Source: an uncultured bacterium (GTDB lineage: Bacteria; Desulfobacterota_D; UBA1144; Nemesobacterales; UBA2774). Taken from it: a DNA stretch of 64,000 bases. Of the stretch, positions 59,308 to 64,000 are shown one piece after another. Where the stretch lies: contig CAVPJU010000010.1 of the NCBI GenBank assembly GCA_963705505.1, positions 384,001-448,000 of the forward strand, written 5' to 3'. The translations under genes were made by a program, and so were the position numbers. How positions within the stretch are numbered: position 1 is the stretch's first letter; the number at the start of each line of letters is the position of its first letter. The notes beneath the pieces were generated by a model. That model saw only the letters and a list, made by a program, of their open reading frames with translations. It did not search any database and was not told the DNA's origin.

Positions 59308-60929
59308 TTGAAAAACGGATCAATTATCTTTTCCGTGCTGGCCCTTCTGATTCTCGCATGTCTCTCGTCGGGCGGCTGCAACGATTCTCGATAATCAGGG
59401 AAGACCTATACCCGATGCGATACTCGAAGTAATGGCAAAGACCACGATACACGGACGCCATCTGGAGCCTGAGTGTGGTTGACCTGGATACCGGGGAAGT
59501 AATCTATGATCTTAAACCGAACATTCTCGCCTTTACAGGTTCGGTGAGGAAGCTTTATTCAGTCGGACTTGCGTTAAATGAATTAGGGCCTGAACACAGA
59601 TTTAAAACCCCTGTCTATCGGCGAGGGGATGTTAGCCAAGACGGTACTCTGACCGGGGATTTAATTCTTGTGGCGAAAGGCGACCTCACAATGGGCGGGC
59701 GGAACACGCCGCAGGGCACAGTGGCGTTTACGAGCTTCGATCACACCGAGGCGAACTCGCTCGGCAGCGCAATTCTCACGGAGCCCGACCCGCTGGCCGG
59801 TATCGATGAGCTGGCCGAGCAGGTGGCGGCAGCCGGTATAAAGACGGTCGAAGGGGACGTCATAATCGATGACAGGCTCTTTGATCACTTCAGGGTTCCG
59901 AATGGTAACGTATTAATAACGCCTATTATCATCAATGATAATCTCATAGACGTGACAATAATACCCACAGAGCCCGGTAAGCCTGCGATCGTTGACTGGC
60001 GCCCCAAATCCGTTGCTTTCGATGTTGAAGCCGACGTTACCACTGTTCCCGCAGGGGAGAAGGAGGATATAACGCTTTTCTCTTTCAATCCGAGCTGCAT
60101 AGGTTTTGAGGGCTGCACGGGCAAAGTGCAGGGACAAATACCCGTTGATTTTAAACCCGGGTTACCCGGGGTGGATACTTTAGTCCAGACTTTTAGAGTT
60201 GAAGACCCCTCATCCTATGCCCGGATAGTGTTCATCGAAGCATTGGAGAGGGCCGGGGTCGAGGTTACAGCAAATACCATAGCGCAGAACCCATCTGATA
60301 ATCTGCCCCCTCAGAATTCATACACAGAAGACACCAAGGTTGCCGAGCTCGTATCGCTTCCCTATTCGGAATATTCGAAGCTGATATTGAAAGTGAGCCA
60401 TAATCTCGGCGCGAACATGAGTCTCATGCTGTTCGGTCTCGCCAAGGGTGTGAGAACTATAGACGACGCCCTGGCCGTGGAAAGAGAGACCTTGATAAAT
60501 GATTTCGGTCTTAAAGGCTCGGAGTTCAATTTCCCCACGAACGGGAGCGGGAGCCCTGACAGCCAGGCGGCTCCGAGCGCGACGGTAAAACTTTTGATAG
60601 AGATGAGCAATCGGGGGGTTTTCATCCCTTATTTCGATTCGTTTCCGATACTGGGCGTCGACGGCTCTCTCGCCGCAGTGGGTGTTGACCCGCCCAACCC
60701 TGTTATTGAGCCCGCGATAGGGAGCGTTTTTGCCAAGACGGGAACAACGGTACTCGACGGGTTTTTCAAGGCGCAGGTCTTTGCCGGTTATATCGACGCG
60801 AAGAGCGGCAGGCGTCTCGCTTACGGACTATACGTGAACGATATAGGCCAGCTGCAGAACATAGCCGAGGCAATTGCGGTTTTTAACGACGAGGGAGAAA
60901 TATCGGCTATTATCTACGACCTGAATTAA
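59308..60929 (+). CDS. D-Ala-D-Ala carboxypeptidase/endopeptidase (peptidase S13, DacB-like) lipoprotein; indels in 59388-59445
   Basis: SVRK, SHN and KTG PBP motifs; upstream TTG, signal with SGGC lipobox and IPDAILEVMAK in shifted frames. Confidence 0.85.
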
Positions 60930-61033
60930 AAGGCAGGCGCCGGTTTCATGCGAATAACAGCTATCCGGTGGTCCCTGCTTTGAGCGGAAGTCATTCCCCG
61001 GGACCCGTTTCATTCGAACTTTATTGAAGTGAA

Positions 61034-62275
61034 TCACTCGCCCGTTTCGGGGAATACGACCACGCTCTGGTCGAGCGGCAGCTCGTTACTGTGTATTCCC
61101 GGCTTATCCACCGGCACCACTTCGAGCGGCGTCCCTTCAAGCTCGGCTTTGTTGAACGCATCCGTCGAGGGTGCTTTCTCAATGAGACCGAAGCTGTCTA
61201 TCACATACGGGAGCCCGTTCGAGCCCATGGCCGAGGGACCTTCCGTCACGTGAAAATGGAGATGCGGAGCCGATGAGTTCCCGGTATTACCGACGATCCC
61301 CATAATCTGCCCGAGTTTTACGGTATCGCCTGTTTTAACTTTCACGCTCCCCGGTTTCAAGTGGGCGTACAGGGCATATTCCCCGCCACCGAGATCGAGC
61401 ACGATATGGTTGCCGTCGGCTTCTTCGAGCGTCATGCCGGGGGGCAGCTCCCCGGGTATCTGATCTTTGTACTTGTCCACCGCAGCTATGACTTTCGCGT
61501 CCGCCACCGCGAGCACGTTCTTTCCATAGGCGAAATAACTCTTTACGTCCTTCGGGTCTCCTACGTATATCTTTCTTTCTCCGTTTATCATCTCCCAGTC
61601 TATGGCAAAACGCTGTGCGATGCGGAGCTTGTCGCTGATCGGCATAATGGCGCGCACGTGCCTCGTCGAATCGCAGCACCCGTCCGCCGCCACCCAGCCC
61701 TTCCCTTCGAGGGGGGGCCCGATAACTATCGCGTCAGCCGGACCGACATTTACCGCGTCCGACGTGTAAGAGTATGTTTCCTCACCTTCGGGCAGGCCGG
61801 CGAATTTTAAAAACCCTGCCGGTATGCCGCCCGGAACAGTTATAGCTATTCTATGACCGATGCTGGCCGGGATTCCGCTTTCATCTTCGACCGGAAAATG
61901 AATAAAAATGACTGCCGTCTCTCCGGGAGGGAGGGCGCTGGTCTTCGATTTATCCTTTATGAGCTCGGTCCTGTCCCCAAGCTCTTTCCCTTTCAATGAA
62001 TTGAGAACATGCCCGCTTTCGTCCGTTACGTCGAGGGAGCTTATCTCCCACGTTAGGCCGGTGGCGTTTACCGCCGTGAGCTCATAGACAAGGTGATATT
62101 TGCCGTCCGAGCCCCTCACGGGATTGGGGGCGTCGAGCACGGATAGGAGAATAGGGGTGAACAAGGGACTTTGCCCTGCAGGAGTCTCGGCTAACGCCCG
62201 TATGCCGGCGCCGAGAGCAAGAGCGCCTATGATCATTACAGATATGAAAAAACGAGCATGGTGTGAATTAATCAT
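61034..62275 (-). CDS. exported M23 family peptidase-domain protein
   Basis: QRFAID, YAHL, GNTGNSSAPHLHFH; signal peptide. Confidence 0.85.
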   Translation of the reverse strand: MINSHHARFFISVMIIGALALGAGIRALAETPAGQSPLFTPILLSVLDAPNPVRGSDGKYHLVYELTAVNATGLTWEISSLDVTDESGHVLNSLKGKELGDRTELIKDKSKTSALPPGETAVIFIHFPVEDESGIPASIGHRIAITVPGGIPAGFLKFAGLPEGEETYSYTSDAVNVGPADAIVIGPPLEGKGWVAADGCCDSTRHVRAIMPISDKLRIAQRFAIDWEMINGERKIYVGDPKDVKSYFAYGKNVLAVADAKVIAAVDKYKDQIPGELPPGMTLEEADGNHIVLDLGGGEYALYAHLKPGSVKVKTGDTVKLGQIMGIVGNTGNSSAPHLHFHVTEGPSAMGSNGLPYVIDSFGLIEKAPSTDAFNKAELEGTPLEVVPVDKPGIHSNELPLDQSVVVFPETGE

Positions 62276-62464
62276 TTGATATAGCCCTCCGGGAAGCTTA
62301 TTCAGAAATATGAAATACATAGTATCATCATTATTACTTTTGTAATAGTTGATTTCTTACGTTGATTCGGTCTGATGTGTACTAGAAGCGTCCGCCCAGA
62401 CCATTTTTTTAGAGTGAAATAAACTTTAACGAATTATGTATAACGGACATCATGCTGAGAACTT

Positions 62465-62507
62465 AAAAAAGCGGGAATATTCCATTGAGTTATGGATATA
62501 TTCCCGC
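62465..62507 (-). terminator. intrinsic terminator
   Basis: GCGGGAATAT...ATATTCCCGC stem followed by T6 on the minus strand. Confidence 0.75.
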
Positions 62508-62590
62508 AATCTCAAGGGCATCTTGAGTCCAATTCCTGAACAGAAGCAACGATTTGAGGCTAAGTTATTTACATAGCTAGCGACAAATAT

Positions 62591-63142
62591 TCACTGCTGC
62601 GCGCGCGTAAAGGTGAAAGTGCTGACTTCCTTTTCCTTTCCGTTCTGAAAAGAAGTCCACTCCTGAACCATATTGTTATTGTCCTTGAACTCGAAGCTCA
62701 CGTCGTGCATGTACGCGTCTTTCGTCGGGTTCATGTTCGTGCCGTTCGTAAAGACGAGGTCAATTTCATTTCCGGTCGAGTCTTCGAGGGTGAGGTGAGG
62801 CTGGTTGTCCATGGCACAGTAATGCGTCATGCCCAATTTCCCGTTTTCATCGTAATATACGGACACCATTTCGTGAGGAGTACCGGGGAAAAGTGTCTCC
62901 ACCACGATGCTGCCGTTTGAAGACGTTTTGTAAATAACAGTGACGGGCATCTCTTTGCCTTCCATCACGGTCGTACCCTGCCAAGTGCCGGCAAGAGTCT
63001 TTAGCTTCTCTAGCTCCTTTGAACCTGTAACGGGACTCATGTGATGCTCGCCCTGCCCGCCCGTTTGGTCAGCATACGTCCACCCCGAAAAGGACAAGAG
63101 CGTTAATGCGGTTAAAACCGCCAGAGTTGATAAATATCTCAT
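62591..63142 (-). CDS. exported hypothetical beta-barrel protein
   Basis: GGAGG RBS; signal peptide; LAGTWQG, EMVSVY, THYCAMDNQP. Confidence 0.8.
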   Translation of the reverse strand: MRYLSTLAVLTALTLLSFSGWTYADQTGGQGEHHMSPVTGSKELEKLKTLAGTWQGTTVMEGKEMPVTVIYKTSSNGSIVVETLFPGTPHEMVSVYYDENGKLGMTHYCAMDNQPHLTLEDSTGNEIDLVFTNGTNMNPTKDAYMHDVSFEFKDNNNMVQEWTSFQNGKEKEVSTFTFTRAQQ

Positions 63143-63287
63143 TTCAAGCCTCCCATGAAATAATTAATGTATGTACATGCATATATATTAACAGATACCA
63201 ACCGCATTCATGCAAACAATTTCTCAAGATTGTTAAGACAGACCGTCCATCCCTTCCTGTGGTCCTCGCCCGCTTTCACTGTGCCGT

Positions 63288-63647
63288 CTATTTCATTCTG
63301 GATCTCAGCGTGATGAAGCAGCGCGCATGTCTCGATGCAAGGAATAATAGCGACGACGCACACAGGATCACGACCACCATCCGCAGCGACGACGCGGTCG
63401 ATACCGAAATCCCGACTCCGGTTCCCAACGCAACGTAAGCCGCAAGACAGATTGGACATTTTGGCAGGAGCGCAAGCACTGCGCCCGGAACGACCCATCC
63501 GGCTATGCCCAGAAAACGCTGAAAGAACGCCGGCGGGCGCGTGCCGCCGCTCGCGGTCTGCGTCGCAGTCGTCTCGCGGTGCGAGCTGCTCAATGGGACT
63601 CCGCAACAATGACGAGAGCTCACGAGTGTCCCTCTTCCGAATGGCAT
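63288..63647 (-). CDS. hypothetical membrane protein with PKCPxC motif
   Basis: [14 protein letters not shown]; directly downstream of the DUF899 gene. Confidence 0.65.
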   Translation of the reverse strand: MPFGRGTLVSSRHCCGVPLSSSHRETTATQTASGGTRPPAFFQRFLGIAGWVVPGAVLALLPKCPICLAAYVALGTGVGISVSTASSLRMVVVILCASSLLFLASRHARCFITLRSRMK

Positions 63648-64000
63648 GATGATTCCGAACCCTTAGGAGGCTGCTCCTTCGGGTCGACGATGTAGTCGTT
63701 ACCGTACCTATCGTGGTGGCGAACCCACGCCATCGTAAATGCCAGGGCGTCTTCGTCGCGGCCCTTCGGCACAAGGTCGAGATAGTTGTAGGTACCCATC
63801 AGCATGTCGAGCCCTCTCGTGTAAGTGGAGTACGTATGGAAGACTTCGCCATTCTCATTCCTGCAGAAAACGCTGATACCGGGGGCTTCCTCGCTCGGGA
63901 ATTCCTGCAATTCGTAGTTGTAGTACACCTTACCATTCTTCAATTCATTTTTGGCGAACGACACGTGATAGTCGTAATTGAAGTCGTTCCCGTATGACGA
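63620..64000 (-). CDS. DUF899 (thioredoxin-like) family protein, 5' end outside the window
   Basis: [50 protein letters not shown]. Confidence 0.9.
   Translation of the reverse strand, partial: SSYGNDFNYDYHVSFAKNELKNGKVYYNYELQEFPSEEAPGISVFCRNENGEVFHTYSTYTRGLDMLMGTYNYLDLVPKGRDEDALAFTMAWVRHHDRYGNDYIVDPKEQPPKGSESSCHSEEGHS

Overview
Bacterial chromosomal window of moderate GC. The gene content and three IPTL-CTERM sorting signals suggest a Desulfobacterota/Ca. Dadabacteria-like organism (inference only). Housekeeping core: minCDE, exbB-exbD-tonB, apt, aroB, trmB, tRNA-Ser(GGA)-SRP RNA-dnaX-ybaB-recR, gloA, rarA. Accessory content: a kinase-GT2-nucleotidyltransferase trio; a fabF-HAD phosphatase-class III aminotransferase-alpha/beta hydrolase-DUF347 operon; two tandem integrase-less islands at tRNA-Thr(CGT) (a SyrP-like dioxygenase/ACP/GNAT cassette, then DUF1003/RNase II-like/micro IPTL-CTERM/USP); and a surface-glycan cluster. 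Best candidate for an undescribed system: two otherwise dissimilar ~140-aa leader ORFs (12999-13409 minus, 34403-34828 plus). Each has an N-terminal hydrophobic segment, an acidic patch and a C-terminal LRSPP motif resembling RAPP-type ribosome-arrest motifs. In both, the Ser/Pro codons spell an anti-Shine-Dalgarno that can pair with the downstream gene's SD, suggesting arrest-peptide translational switches on a lipid-type operon and on a secreted protein. Also seen: an in-phase A_AAA_AAG slippery site in dnaX and a nested-hairpin intergenic element. Several genes carry single-base indels that look like assembly errors rather than true pseudogenes.
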